The notes: generated from the sequence alone by a model not told the origin. Numbered from the stretch's first letter, positions 27,530-41,348 are shown. The stretch: DNA of 64,000 nucleotides from Mizuhopecten yessoensis (GCF_002113885.1 NW_018408747.1:692485-756484), one strand, 5' to 3'. Numbers and translations are program-made.

Positions 27530-27812
27530 ACTTCTAAGATATTTACACACAGTAAGGCAGTAATGGCCACCTCAATACCGACATCTTAGACATTTACATA
27601 CAGTAAGACAATAATGACCACATTTATACCGACTTTTAAGACATTTACATACAGTAAGACAGTAGTGTCCCCTTCATACAGACCTTTAAGACATTTACAT
27701 ACAGTAAGACAATAATGACCACCTTTATACCGACCTCTAAGACATTTACATACAGTACGACAATAATGGCCCCCTTCATACAGACCTGTAAAACATTTAC
27801 ATACAGTAAGAC
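27530..27812. repeat. ~51-bp minisatellite, 5-6 copies
   Basis: catttacatacagta at 27591, 27642, 27692, 27743 and 27794. Confidence 0.92.
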
Positions 27813-28080
27813 ATATATAGTAAGCTTATTCTACCAACTAGACATAAAGGGGTTGGAATGGATTCCGTCTATATTGGCATATTACTCTTAATCCATACAT
27901 ACATTATTTTGCCTCCAAGTTACTATGCAACAAAGTATAATATTTTGTCCCTGCCATGCTAGTGTTCATTCAGGTTTCAAAAAACAAAATACTGATTAAT
28001 TGGTATTGTCATTAACTGATTGTTCTTGATACCCTAGAATTAAAAATAATCATTAAACGACGCATGGTGTTGTGTTCCCA

Positions 28081-28128
28081 TGTTACTTTGTTACTATGTT
28101 ACTATGTTACTATGTTACTTTGTTACTA
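28081..28128. repeat. 8-bp microsatellite (tgttact[a/t])6
   Basis: Directly visible. Confidence 0.95.
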
Positions 28129-31117
28129 AGAATGAGCAATACTAGAATTTAAATCTGCAATCACAATCGACACCTGAATGACATCAATGCTATTTCTTAA
28201 CATGGACAACCCCGATTCAAGATTTTTGATCGCTGAGTCGCAATAGTTGTTGACCTTTACACGTCACTGTATTTGACAGCGAATACACATGACGGGTGCT
28301 TCGTGTTTCTATTACATTATGTAGTGAGTGTTACTGGTGTTTTCCCTTTTGTTTTGGTGTTGTACGCCGGCATCTATTTAGACTTCCAGTTTTGTCTCAG
28401 TGTTTTGAAGATTTACTATATTTCCTTTCTTCTACTTTCCATAACATGTTACTTATTTATTAATGCTATAAATACAATTCTTGACTTCTGCGGATAAATA
28501 GGAATCCAAATCTCTAATCTAGGATCATAATAGTTTCATTTACAGAAAAATCATTAATATATTTAAAGCAAACAAACAGCCACAGGATGAAGGAAATATC
28601 AGAAGAGTTGTTATGCTACGCGAAAATATATCTACAATTTACAATGAGACAAATGAACGAAAAAGTCTACAAACAACAAAATCCTCTCTAGTTTTGTGTG
28701 TGGATTGAAAAAAAGTACAACGTATCAGAAAAAGGTATGTAGGATGAAGATGTCATAGGGCTACAAAAGCCTGGAGTTGTCATTGTTGAAAGTCGCTCAA
28801 AGTTTTATTCCTCCTTTCAACAAGAACATATATAAATCTGAGTACTAGATTTATGGGACCCTATATCTTATCATAACTAAAGGGTCACACTAAGCTGGTG
28901 GAACCTTCGAATAAAACCTGAAAAGAGTGTTGGAAATCCTATACGATTTCCACAATAATTTAAATCCATTTGTGTATGACATTAAACTCCATTTATCGCG
29001 ACATCCGATCCCACACGGGTGGGTGGCCGGGCCATGAATCTATCGACAAACATTCGGATACCCTGTTTAAGGAATTTAGTGTTTTACCGGGTCAGAGATT
29101 TTACACCTTCTACAAGGGAGATGTCTTCCACGTACAACCAGTGGGTTCATCATTCGTATTCAGGCCGTGTCACACACACCCGGGCGTGCGGACTGGGTGG
29201 CTACTTAGCCGGCCCCGTCACCTCACGATGACAGACAGGAATGCAGTCCCGCGGTAAATGCAGGTGATCGCATGTCATTGGATGCAAAATGTGCCTCGTT
29301 GTTGACAGAAAATGCAAATGAGATGGGTTTTTTCTGATTTTCTCTGTACATGACTGATGTCAGTAACGTGCATATATAATGCGTCACGCTTCGTTTCGGT
29401 ATATGTGACTAATGTTACAATGTGTCCTCTTTCACAGGGGGCCGAGGTGTTCCGAGTAGCATATACGACAATTCGACCTGGCACTACTTTCATATGCGTA
29501 GTCAGCGATCTGCCGGCTTGTAATTAAAGCGGTTACACGGTTTGGTGTGTTAATACACATTGTGCAGGTGTATAGGTCGTTTGTATAATTGAAGAGATCA
29601 ACAGCAAGTTTGAGTAGAACCATGGTACAAGCAGTCTCTAGCGATGTACAAGTACATGAGATCCGCTCTGGTTTCTTTACTTGTTTGAATATTCTACATG
29701 TTTCATTGCTGGTGCCCTATTTCGCCCCTCTAACGTAAACGGTCAACGAACAAATAAGTGTAAGTTATTTGCTTAACATTTTGTTAAGGATAGTTATATT
29801 GTTTGACAAGGAAAGTATATACATGTTGTATTGATTTCACTATTACACTTTAATGTCATAACGTTTTAAAAATAAATAAATATGGCTATTCTTAAAATCC
29901 TAAAATAGTAATCATTATTTCGTGACACAACTTTTTTCCTAAATCATCATTCATAATGTTATAGTGATAGTATTTTTAGAAACAGCAGGTCATTCTTTTC
30001 TTTACGAAGTGACTTAATTATAACGTCACAATGCCTTCTGTCAAACGCAACTCCTTTTCTCTTGAATATTTTAAACATTCTATCTTGTTAAAAGATAAAA
30101 TTTACTTCAGTATATATTAATACAATTTAGCATTTTTATATCGGTGAGTATGTTATTGTATTGACATGAAAAGGTTATACTGACCCCGAACTTCGTCTCG
30201 GTCAATATTAATTTCGCAGGTTCATATAACCACATATTCACCTCAATAAAAGTCCATAACTGATGTTTTTTTTCTATGAGGATACGGCGTATGACATATT
30301 GATACAGTTGTTGTAATGTCCCTATAGTCAATTATCTTCTGTATTCTAATCTGTATTCGTCTATCTCGTCAACAGCCGTAGGCGTTTGTTTTCTTGGTTA
30401 GCTATCTCGTCAATCTACGTAAGATATCTCCGTGTAAACGATCGGTCAATATGACCTAGGATTAATTGACAACCGAAATTTAATAACAAGATAAAAGATA
30501 GTGTAACTTTGTGCTAGATCAGTAGCAGACCGTCGTTATTGTCTGTTTTAACACCCTCTTAACAAGGAAAACACGAATAAACATTGCACATCTATAATAG
30601 TCATCAAAACGCTTTAATTCGAATTTTCGAAAATGCCAGAATTGCAGTATGTTTATATGTGTGATAATATACGGTCGTGCCATCAAACAGTGACAAAGCT
30701 GCGAGCATAACTACCACGTTCGTGATAATGCACGTGCGTCAAACGATATATAGACATCTACCTAGCCTACTGTCGTATGAAGGAGAATATTTAAACACAA
30801 GATAGACACTTTTATGAGAATTTAAAACCATATTGACACATTTTACAAACTAAAATCTGATTAGCGCCTGCACTGTGTCTGCAGCGCTACAATGAAGGAG
30901 ACCGGCTGCTCTTTAGAAAAACACAAATGTCCATCGTACCCCTGAAATTGTTTCTTCACTAACAGGATTTATCATTTAAAAAATAAAAAAAATATATATA
31001 GGCAATTGTGTCACGTGCTTTTCTCTTTTACTGTGAATTTAACCTATCTGTTAAAGAGATTTTCGGTTTTTATAGCGTTTGAATCGTGATATAAACAAAG
31101 CTAAGGTCTGATCAGCA

Positions 31118-31168
31118 TTGCGTAGGTTGTGCACGTTTTGTAGTTTTAAGGTGACATTCCACGCATTT
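31118..31168 (+). ncRNA. mir-242: Candidate pre-miRNA of the miR-242 family; mature 5p about 31118-31139
   Basis: 5p arm TTGCGTAGGTTGTGCACGTTTT has seed UGCGUAG and resembles recalled miR-242 (UUGCGUAGGCGUUGUGCACAG). It pairs with AAGGTGACATTCCACGCA (31148-31165). Apical UGU at 31139-31141; CNNC (CTTC) at 31186-31189. Basal stem only loosely paired. Confidence 0.75.
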
Positions 31169-33980
31169 AGTAAACAGGAGTATTGCTTCTTTAACGTGAC
31201 GTTAAAGACAACTGTCGCTGATGTAGACTATTGAATTGTGATGTACTCCGTACCTTATAATCAGGTTGTAATACATTAAAGGTTGTGTACAGCTGTGATT
31301 TAAGTTGTGTCATTTTAACATACGTGTATTTAAATACTAAATAGAACGTCAGTGTTGACTTTGTGGATTCGATTTTCTTGTTGAGTTGTTTGAAAAGATT
31401 ATAATTCCAAATTGTAATTGTTTTCTGGAAAACTGCTAAATTTGTTGATTCAAATTCGAATTTGTTGTTGAGTTGCTTCAAACGGTTGTTATTCAAACTG
31501 TTATTGTTGTCTTGAAAAATAACCACGATTGGTCAGTTATTGCACAAGTGATCGAAGGAAGCCTGTGTTGAATTTGCAATACTGTTAATTGTGCCTATTA
31601 CAATCATTAGTCAGTTTTAAAGTTATATATGTGGTGCATTTTGTAAATGCTCGTTTCTCATCGAAATATTTGTTTGTTTGTTTATCTGTTTGGGGTTTAA
31701 TGTCTGCGATACAGTTTTGGTCATATGGTCGAATTAATTAATGCAGATTTTTGTTAAAATGATTAAATAATAATTTAATTTACATAGAAAGAGTTGTTGT
31801 TTGTCTTTTAGATGAAAATATTAGTACTGTAATTACCAGACCTGCTGTTCGGTTGTATAAACCCGCCACTACTTGGTCATTTCTTAAATGAAAATAAAAA
31901 ATATGTTTATGATCTTGACTAGAAATTTGATTTTCTTTCCCTGTACATTAGTATATGTAAGGATTTTGCTGCTAACCTTCATCGTAGTCTGTAGCGTCAC
32001 AATTGGTAACTATCAGGATTATGAAAATCACGATGAAGATCATTTCTTACGAAAGGAAACGAACGATAAGGATAATCTGGAACTAATTATGTAAAACATC
32101 TTATAGAAAGTATAGACTTTAAACTTCCATTCAGTTTTAAGGTCAAGTGCTGCATTAAAAGCGACAGAGGACAGAAACACATCGGGTTTCTTCTAAGTGA
32201 ACACTTTTTGAAGCATTTCACAGTTTACAAGAGTAACCATCACAGTCACAGGATGTGTGTTCAAGAATTGATCTAATGAAGGATGAATAAATAGTATTTA
32301 TTGCATTGTTCCTATTTCATTTTGTTACAACAGAAAATGGAAGTATAAGGAATTATGCTAGATTTTCCCGGATTCATGCAGAAGGATTTGCCATAATGTG
32401 CTTACGTGCTGATCATAAACAGCCTCTGGTCCTTTAATGTAACCATTCATGTGGTTCTACCTTGCAACGTACACATACGATATGATTCAGAGCTTAGCTA
32501 CTATTTACGTTTCTCTATTTTTGTTCAGTTGATGTCATCTAATCGTTCACACTAATCCAATTATTACAAATATTAACACCCTTGCCTTTCCTCCAGTTGT
32601 TACAAATGTTAACTTTCTTATGTACCCTTCAATCATGTTTTTAATTACTCAATCCACTTTGGAGCTTGTTTATTAATTCTCTGAATAACATGTGCATCAT
32701 ATGGTAAGAACTCCAATAATAAATAAATGACTGTTTAATTCAATGAATTTGTCATGTCCAGCATACTACAATAAAACATGTTTTACGGGTTAATTAGTGA
32801 TGATAAGTATAACATAAGTATATGTTCATTAATAAAGTGCATCTATGTATATTTCGTTAGATGACAAGTGTATATTTATAGAATCTAACGTGTTATTGTA
32901 GAAGATTTACATTTCCACTGCAAGTTTCCTATAAGAATTACCATAAGAAGTTCTGTTCATAGGGCTATGAAAGCAATTGGACCAGCGTTAACAGTAACCG
33001 AATGGCGTTCATATTAGCATGAATTTGAAAAAGTGCCTTTCAATCCTTATAAACATTTCAATTATGCTTTAATAAAAAAAAGAGACCAATGCTTCAGTTA
33101 AAGCCTTTTATGAGAATAATTAGGAAACACTGATTAACGATACTTAAATACGTTTTCATCTCTCTAAAATGAAATCTACATCCCGTTCTTTTCATTATCG
33201 ATAAGTTTTATTCATTACTTAATTGGAATTAATACTTTATCGTTCAATAACTATGTAGGATATGAGTATTTTATTTAAATAGCATGTGTTTGATTGGATG
33301 TGTTCTCATCGTGTCTCACAACTGACAGACTTTTCTGTTGACATCGTTGCCACTAATATGCAAATAGGTTATCAGTACATTTGATATTCATGTTGAGTGA
33401 CCTTATTATGCATGGGATGTTGAGAGACAATGTATGTGAAATGCGTAATCACTGGAAAATTCACTTGAAGGTTTTTTTTCTTTGTAATTTGTTTTTCGTC
33501 AAAGGGTAAGAGGCTGGTCATTGATATCAAAGTTTGTCTGTACATTTATTTGACTTACATCTCCCATACATTACATCGATCGTGGAGTATCAGGACGGGG
33601 TCTGGTCTGAACCTCTTACATAATTCTAGTAATTAACGGTCATCATTCGTTCAATATTTCATCACTTAGTCTAAACAGGGGTTGGGGGATGGACAAGGGG
33701 TACACAGAAAACAATGTCCACGTGGGGTTTGGGGGCTATGTAATGAGCCTTAGACTGGCCTCCGTCTCTAGAATCTGTAATCTATAAAGAAAACACAATG
33801 TATTTTGATCAGTTTGATCTATAGTATGTCTGAATGCAAGCTGGACAATCCTTTATAAAAAAAGCTGTTATCCAGACTCATTGAGCCTGTCCACGCGGGT
33901 ATTTAGGGGGAGGCACCCTTGTCACGATAAGTTGATTGCTTGAATTAAGTACTAGCATGCATAGAGCAGCAACATTTAGA

Positions 33981-34302
33981 CTAAGGAAAAACAATATGTG
34001 TTTCCAGATAATATGTCCAAACAGTTAAAAGTTCTTTTGTTTTTATTTTCATTTATCAATATCATGCCTGATTTCAAATTTTAGAATGAATTTCGACACA
34101 TTACAATGGCTATTAAATTGTAAGATTAGGGTCAGACTCCCAGGACAGGAATAACGTACATTTTACTGAGTGGCTGTGAACTTTGCCAGGTTGATCAGTT
34201 AGCCTTAGATACACGTAGGTGATAACATATATCTAGGGTCGGCAGGAAAATCTGGGGAAGGTCGGAATACCTGAAACACACATATAATATTTTTTGGCTT
34301 AA
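33981..34302. mobile_element. MITE with TTAA-like ends (Kolobok/piggyBac type)
   Basis: Left ctaaggaaaaacaatatgtgtttcc; right reverse-complements to ttaagccaaaaaatattatatgtgtgtttcag. Confidence 0.55.
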
Positions 34303-36269
34303 GCGTCTCGAAATCGCAAGCATATGGTATTATGTCACTGATTCTGTTAAAAGATCGTTGTGATGTCGTATATTTAGCAACTGGTTAGCGGCGTCAATAA
34401 TTCATCAGACAATGTAGGTGCTTTACGTTATTGCTTATTATGTAGAAAATAATCATAATATCGTCGTGTTTTCATGAATATTTTATTGAGAATCGAGTTT
34501 AACACTCATACAATGTCACCGTATGCAGATTTGTAGATAGACATAATTGATATATTAAGTTATATTTTTGTTATATACACATGTATCACCGATAATCTTT
34601 CTATTATAATTACATATAATTGTTGTTATCAATATGGCGAAGTGCTTGATCATTTTTGTAGACGTATATTCTCTGTGATGGATGGGTGAGCGGGGGAACA
34701 GAGGGGGTGCACTTCCCTGTACCATAACTGGATCACAAGTGGTTCAGACTACACAATATCAATCAATTATTCAAAGTAATCAAAATTGTATAAAGTGACT
34801 GACCAAGACTAGCGGTAAAACGGACCGGACGGGGCTCTAATAAGGCATCCATCAAATTACAATAATATGACAAATTTTATTTTGTTCCAAACCGTTTCAA
34901 CGCTGCTTATTCCTTGTGATCAATCACACTGACAACAATAAATAATTGTATTCCTTTTTAACCCAGCATTCGAGCCCTGTCTGATTTAGTTGATGTGTTT
35001 CATTGCGGATTTCGCCTACTTTTACGACGCGCCCGTACAGCACTAGTTAAGTTTATACCATTGTATAAAAGTTATGTTTTTCATTACGGGCCGTTATCCC
35101 TCGCTCAGGATTACCGCGAGATGCTGACGATTTTATTGTGGCCTAACAAAATGGACCAAACCCTGTCTGTACAAAGCCTTGTCAGCTTTATGTTTGAAAT
35201 TAGCATCCTATTGCTATTATTTGCAGGCATTATTGATTTGTTTATAAAACGTGTCGGTTCAAAATTGATATAATCTTATTGAGTTCCAAAACTTATTTCT
35301 CTAGACTTAAATTTGATGATCGCTAATATACTGACGATTTTTAATTTGTATTAAAAGAATAGAAAAATTACCATTTTATCAAAAGACCAAAATAAAGCTA
35401 ACCATACATAAGGTTGGCGAACCCGAGGGAGCCTGTCATAGGGTAGTCGAATTGTTATTACGTTTTGTGCGCTGCGGAATCCACGGGAGACAATTAGAGG
35501 TAGCGCGCCACTAAACGGAAAATTAATGGGAAAATTATCTGATTCGATTTATAGAGCTGGTGATTATGTTCTGTCGGTTTTTCCCCTTATTTTATTGGTG
35601 AATATTTCACATCCTGCCTGTCATATTAAGGAAGGCAGAAAAAGTATCACCTCGTTGGGACATAAATACCAATAAATGCGCGTACTTTACTCATCATGCG
35701 ACCTTTCTACAGAACTCCGTACCCTATCCGGGGTTATTTATACAAATACGAATTTGACATGACATGGACCGAACACTGATTAACAGGCTATTCTCCTGGT
35801 ATTGGTACTTGTAAGTATTTCTCATATCTATATATTAAATCAACATATGTATTAGGACTACTTTAATATGATGATGAATTATCATCGAAAGTCTACTTAA
35901 CAACTGAAGAGTTTCGAAGCTCAAAGTAATAAAGAACTTGGACGAACATGATACGTTCTACAATATATGTATATGTACTATATGAATGTGCGTTGATAGA
36001 ACACCTTCACTTAATATATCTCATAAATATACTGACAGTTGTCATAGATATTGATTCCTGGATGGGGACATAGACGATACTTTGACGACAAATACTTGTC
36101 GTGCCGATTTGAAGCCCAGACAAAATGTGGACTGCAGGGGAGGTATTTGTGGGCCGTATGTACTGTGTCCTTAGACACAAACACATGTAATTTGTTTTAA
36201 TTACACTTTAATACAACGTTACAAGTCATACATCACATTTCAAGCGTCAATCTGACCCTGAGGTGTGAG

Positions 36270-36400
36270 TGGAACGAACCAATGAAATGACAGGAAGTGA
36301 CTGATTTATAAGGGTAGATGGAGGGAGGGGCGTGATTTACTAGGGGCGACTGAGGGGAGGGCACTGAGGGGGCGTGGGATGATGACCCCGGGGCTCAATA
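36270..36400. promoter_or_regulatory. Promoter/enhancer-like motif cluster
   Basis: CCAAT, ETS CAGGAAGTG, TGATTTAT and two GGGGCGTG (SP/KLF) sites within ~110 bp. Confidence 0.45.
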
Positions 36401-36910
36401 GAGCGACCGTGACGGTCTTAACCCTGCTTCAAACGTGCACAGTACGGCAGGTAGCTTTGAGGGAGATAAACCCTTCACTACAATTATGCTTCATATCTAG
36501 ATCTGAAACAGTCGTGAAGGCATACTCCATGTATTTTACATGGTTAACCGTTCTGTCCTTGTCAACCGGTATACCTTATATTGGATGTGCTGGCAATTAT
36601 GTCTATAAAATGAATGGTTTTTTTAAATGGTGTTTTATTCATTGACCAAATTGTACGTGATAAACCTGAAGCCGTGAACTGGTTGAAATAACTTAACTTT
36701 GATTAATGTTGAATATTTTTAAGATAACACAAAGCGAAACGGACACTTGCATAAGTAGCTTAGCACTCATCCAAGATCACGTTCAATTTATGTAATCAAA
36801 CAGAAACCCATATTCACATACAGTGTCAAATTAACCTCAAAGAAAAATGATAAAATTTTAATAATTTATCCTTATTAAAAGATACATCTTTGAGAGGTAT
36901 CGTTCCTTAC

Positions 36911-36991
36911 CTTTCAGAAGTGAAGCGCTGCCTTGGATATCTGCCCATTGCTTTAAGCAGACTGATTAATTGGGAGACCGTACGTATAAAC
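36911..36991 (-). other. Weak candidate exon, 81 nt
   Basis: Acceptor ctctacctaacAG|G and donor AAG|GTAAGG. Confidence 0.3.
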
Positions 36992-38373
36992 CTGTTAGGT
37001 AGAGCATCATGGCTATTAAATAAACATAAAACAAATTTTATCAGTTTTTAATATGATTGGAAATTATTCAAACAACTGTGAATATAATTAGTTTCGATGA
37101 AACATTTAATGTATGTATATTATACCTAATTAGTGTAAAACAATTAAGTGAAAATGCCTAATTTATTTGTCAAAATTTTCTAATGTGTAAGTTGTATGAT
37201 AAAAATATAATGACAAAACTTGTTATTTTCCTATAGTTTTCAACCTTTTAGTTTTTTCCCCTTACTTGGTTTTATTTCGTTTAAAATGTTTTCGCAATTC
37301 CGTAAAATCATTAACTTCTTTTCTAGAAATGAATAAGACGTATTGATAAGTAATTGACTTTGGTCCCTTACTTAGGGTCATTGGCTCCGCGATCTTTAAA
37401 ACATAGACAGAATGTCGGATATCTACCATTACTTGTACGAAGTTAAATGAAATATAACATATGCGTCTTTCCTTTTTGTAAAATGATCCCACAGAGACAC
37501 AAAATCCCGGTAAGAGTAAGGTGCATAAGGTCAAGTAAGGTATACATAAATGAGCAGAAATGTGAGAACATATATAAGATAACAAGCTTCCTTGATAATG
37601 TCAATGGCATTCTGAGTTATTGCGTCGTATTTTGTTTTGTTTGCAATAATTTGGAAGTAAGCTCAAAATTTGTACACTTTTGATTTTGTTAATTGAACCT
37701 ATTCTATTTTAAAACTTGTCAATAGATATTTGCATATTAACTGCGGGATTGTAAAAAAAAATCAAACACACAATGCGCATGTCAACGTGAGTGACGTCAC
37801 AGTATGAAGTGATGTCAGATGTATTGTAACGGCATTAGTGCTGACACGTGTATTCGGAATTAACCAACTATTTTCGAAGTCCTGCAGTTAGAGCGATAAA
37901 AAAGGAAAACCCTTGTTGTAAAATTTGGAGTTCGGTTAAAACAGGTTTGTATATATCTGAATTGTGCAAAAACTCGTTATATGAAGATCATGATTAATTC
38001 TCTGTGATCACAGACAACTCGTTCAGAAAGACTGACAAAATGCAATGATGCCATGGACTGGACTGCCTAACGCTGCACGAGAGGTGGTCTAACGAGAGGT
38101 AATGAATTTATCTCTGCTAAAAATAGTAACAGGGAATTCCCAGGGAGTTCATAACGCGTTACATATTTGACCAACTTTTGACCAATCAGAAAGGCAAATT
38201 TTCGATCGCCGTATTCGAAGAGCACAAGATCCCTGAGTTTTATGAAACTAATGGTTTAGCAATGTGACAGAAGCCGATTTAAATAAAATAAATATCGACA
38301 AAGATTCCGACGATACTAAAATATCTACCCAATGGGCTGTTAAAGTACTCTGTAAATATCTCTCTTTGGAAAG

Positions 38374-38899
38374 TTGCCCTGCAGGTAGGGCGTAAGAATT
38401 GTACCTGCTGCCCCCATTGCATGATCGTAAGAGGTGATTAAATTTGGGATCTTGTCTTTTCTCTTCTTTCTGAACAACTTTCTTCTTCCTCATGTCTCCC
38501 TTGACAATGCCTCACTTTTGGCCTTTAGTTGAGCGTTCGCCCCTGTGAGGAAGGCTTTGAGTTCTGTTCCCTGGCCGAGACATACCACAGTCTGTAAAAT
38601 GATATTTTCTACTCCTGCTTTACGCTCAGCAATTTAGGAGAGGGACGACTGGTTCGCCCGTTGTCAGTATAATGTGACCGGGTGAGGTGTCCTGCTGGGT
38701 GTTTTCGGCAGTATGTTTCAGTGAGGTGGCACTATAAAGTCGGCATCAGTTCCGCGCTATCACAAGGGGACAAACACGAACATATCGCAGCCTCCCAAAA
38801 CACACACGCATACACTACTCGCATGCATCTTGCTCACAGTGGAGGCAGTCCTTAAATGACCATAGCTGTTGATAGGACGTTCAACAATACTAAACCAAA
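38374..38899 (+). mobile_element. Composite SINE (Meta + tRNA-like + Nin/Deu domains) with target-site duplication
   Basis: gcatgatcgtaagaggtgattaa (Meta), B-box-like gagttctgttccc, Nin-like gctcagca...gtcagtataatgtgaccggg...cagtgaggtggcactataaag, tail gtccttaaatgaccatagctgttgataggacgtt; TSD ct(c/t)tttggaaag at 38362-38373 and 38900-38911. Confidence 0.9.
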
Positions 38900-38929
38900 C
38901 TTTTTGGAAAGGAGCAGGCAATGTATAAT

Positions 38930-39245
38930 TATACGGATGTTGAGGTGGTTAGTTTCCTGGTGTCGACGCATGGTTTCCAGTAATAATATTCGATCTTCAT
39001 CCATGCACAATTGGAAGCTTGTTGAGTTGCCAAAGTGAGTTGCTTGACTGGTATTTTCCGTGTCCTACCAGTCACTTCCAGTCTAGAAAAAAATGTACAG
39101 GAAGACTACTGCATCCAACTTCCACAGGAATGGTCCGTGTCTGTCATCCCTGTTCTCTGCACTCCGATTACGTTTAAAAGCCCCAATAGTTTGTCCGCTC
39201 TTCCTTGTGAGTGTGGGCACACCTGTCTTCCCACGGCACCACCTT
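38930..39245 (-). mobile_element. HERO-like (R2 group, REL endonuclease) non-LTR retrotransposon 3' remnant
   Basis: Minus strand VPWEDR...ECREQG*QTRTIPVEVGC, then frameshifted LEVTGRTRK.PVKQL....QQAS...WMK; matches recalled consensus ELTVPWE...ECR..GW.....PVEVGCRG...AS.WLW.KR. Confidence 0.8.
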
Positions 39246-39249
39246 CTAT

Positions 39250-39460
39250 AGGGGGATAGTTTGGAGGAGAGGAATGGTTTGAGTAGGAGAATGGTGAGCA
39301 GGAGGAGGACAGAGAGGACAAGAGAGGGGGAAAGGGTAGAGGGAATCATTACAAAAACCAACAGTGGTTATGGACGGAGTGTGTGTGACAGGGTGGGCGT
39401 GGATTAGAGGTAATGCTATAGAGGTGAGGTGAAACTATGGACCAACAGCAGTGACAACAG
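39250..39460. repeat. Purine-rich ~210-bp interspersed repeat, copy 1
   Basis: Aligns to 41146-41348: gggggatagtttggag, ccaacagtggttatg, ggagtgtgtgtgacagggtgggcgtgg, tatagaggtgaggtgaaac. Confidence 0.9.
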
Positions 39461-39912
39461 TAGAATGTCTGGACGGAGAGTTGTTTAAAATAAGCATCCC
39501 GCTCAGATAACTTCCATCACCGAATGGTTTGTCGTCTTCATCTTTCGAAGGCTGCATACATTGTTGAGTTATGTCTGAAGATAGTGAGCAAGTACTAGTA
39601 CTTCTTCCCCTCCGTCCCAGGGTGCCCGCTTACCCAACACCTGATCATGCCTTCATATTTTGCACCTATGGTTGAGTGCTTGTCTTCCAATTATATCTGT
39701 ATAGATACCCTAATCGGAATTTGACCTGAAAGGAAACATTAACAGAAGGACAGAAGAAAGGTTGAGGATGAACAAGGGGACAGCTGCACTCAGGCACTTA
39801 ATTCATGATCGCTACCTCAGGACAAACAAATGAGATGATACGGTATTTGTTTGTTTTATTTTGTTCAGATTTCGCTTTTTTCTTGTTTTTCGTTTGTTTC
39901 CTCCCCCCCCCC

Positions 39913-39953
<41 letters not shown>

Positions 39954-41145
39954 CCCCCCCCCCCCCCCCCCTTTTTTTTTTTTTAAAGACATACATTATT
40001 TTAACGATTAAAAATGATCATATATGTTCCTTGACACATTTATGGGATATGAAAAACACCCGGAACATTCCGGGTGTAGGTAAAGCATTATCTTACTGCC
40101 TTTTTAAAACTTGAGGTAATTTTCTTCTGGTACATGTTTGCTCAAATATTAATCGACTTTTCAAGACAATTTGTTTTTCAAATGGACCAAAGTTGTGTGG
40201 GATCGAACACGCGTTTGGTAGATTCTGTTGGAACAGATCTATTTATATAATAGAATATTCGAGGGGCTAGTGCTTAAAGTAACGTATCTATGCCATCATT
40301 TGAAAAATAGTTTGCCTTGTAGTGTTATAATGTATCAAATCTGAAATGGAAAAAAAACAACGGAAGTATAACACTGCGCATACACACCGGTATAGCTTCC
40401 GGTTGTGGTTTCGCATCTCATAAATATATCATACAATTTATTTATGTTTTTTGTATCTTTGGAATACAGTAATTAAGTTTAAAAGAAAATGAGCACGAAC
40501 ATTCGTCCTTAAGATAATATTGTAATGTGTTCTGCACATGATATCTTCTAAAACCCTACCTCAGTCACGTAAGCACTGGTGTTCTTTTCACTTCGGAATC
40601 CATCACAGAAAAGACAGGTTTCAATGCTTCGCAAGAAATAAAATACGCATGAAGACGACTTCTTAAAATCTTGAAAGATATGATGAATGCTTTAATAATT
40701 TATTGTATAATTCTATAATTTGGATTGTAATTTTGACTAATTCTGCTGTATGCATTGTCACATTTTCAGAGTCATTTTTATTTCACATTATTGTACCACA
40801 GTATCTGTACCATTTGACGCATCAATTTAAAAATAAACTCAAATGATATTATTTATAGCCGTAAATGAACATTTTAGACACACTTCGTTATCTCTAAGTA
40901 GTAAAAAAAATTACACGGTAACATGGTATAATAAAACTGGTATATCATATATCAGTTTGCATTTTATTTCATGTTTATAGATCGTGGATTAATTAACAAA
41001 TCTGTTCTAATTACAATTATAATTAAAATCATCCATCAATATTCACCAAGCGCGACATTAACGAGAAAATGTCTTGCTCTGTAATCATCAAAGTGTGTTC
41101 TTCATTCTAGGGAGAGGGTGCTCAGGGGGGATGGCTGGGGTCAGG

Positions 41146-41348
41146 AGGGGGATAGTTTGGAGAAGAGGGATGATTTGAATAGGAGCATGATGAGAAGGGG
41201 GAGGAGAGAGGACGAGAGGGGAAGACATAGTAGAGGGAATGATTCCAGCCAACAGTGGTTATGAAAGGAGTGTGTGTGACAGGGTGGGCGTGGTTAGGGG
41301 TTATGTTATAGAGGTGAGGTGAAACGGTGGACCCACAGCAGTGGTAAC
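41146..41348. repeat. Purine-rich ~210-bp interspersed repeat, copy 2 (same orientation)
   Basis: Aligns to 39250-39460. Confidence 0.9.

Noticed and set aside
35904-35926. CTGAAGA plus short stem as a hammerhead
   Set aside because: Lacks the GAAA core after stem II.
39900-39985. Alternating poly-C/poly-T tracts and poly-K/G/F/P ORFs
   Set aside because: Homopolymer low complexity, likely with base-calling error; same for poly-G near 41535 and poly-C near 63540.
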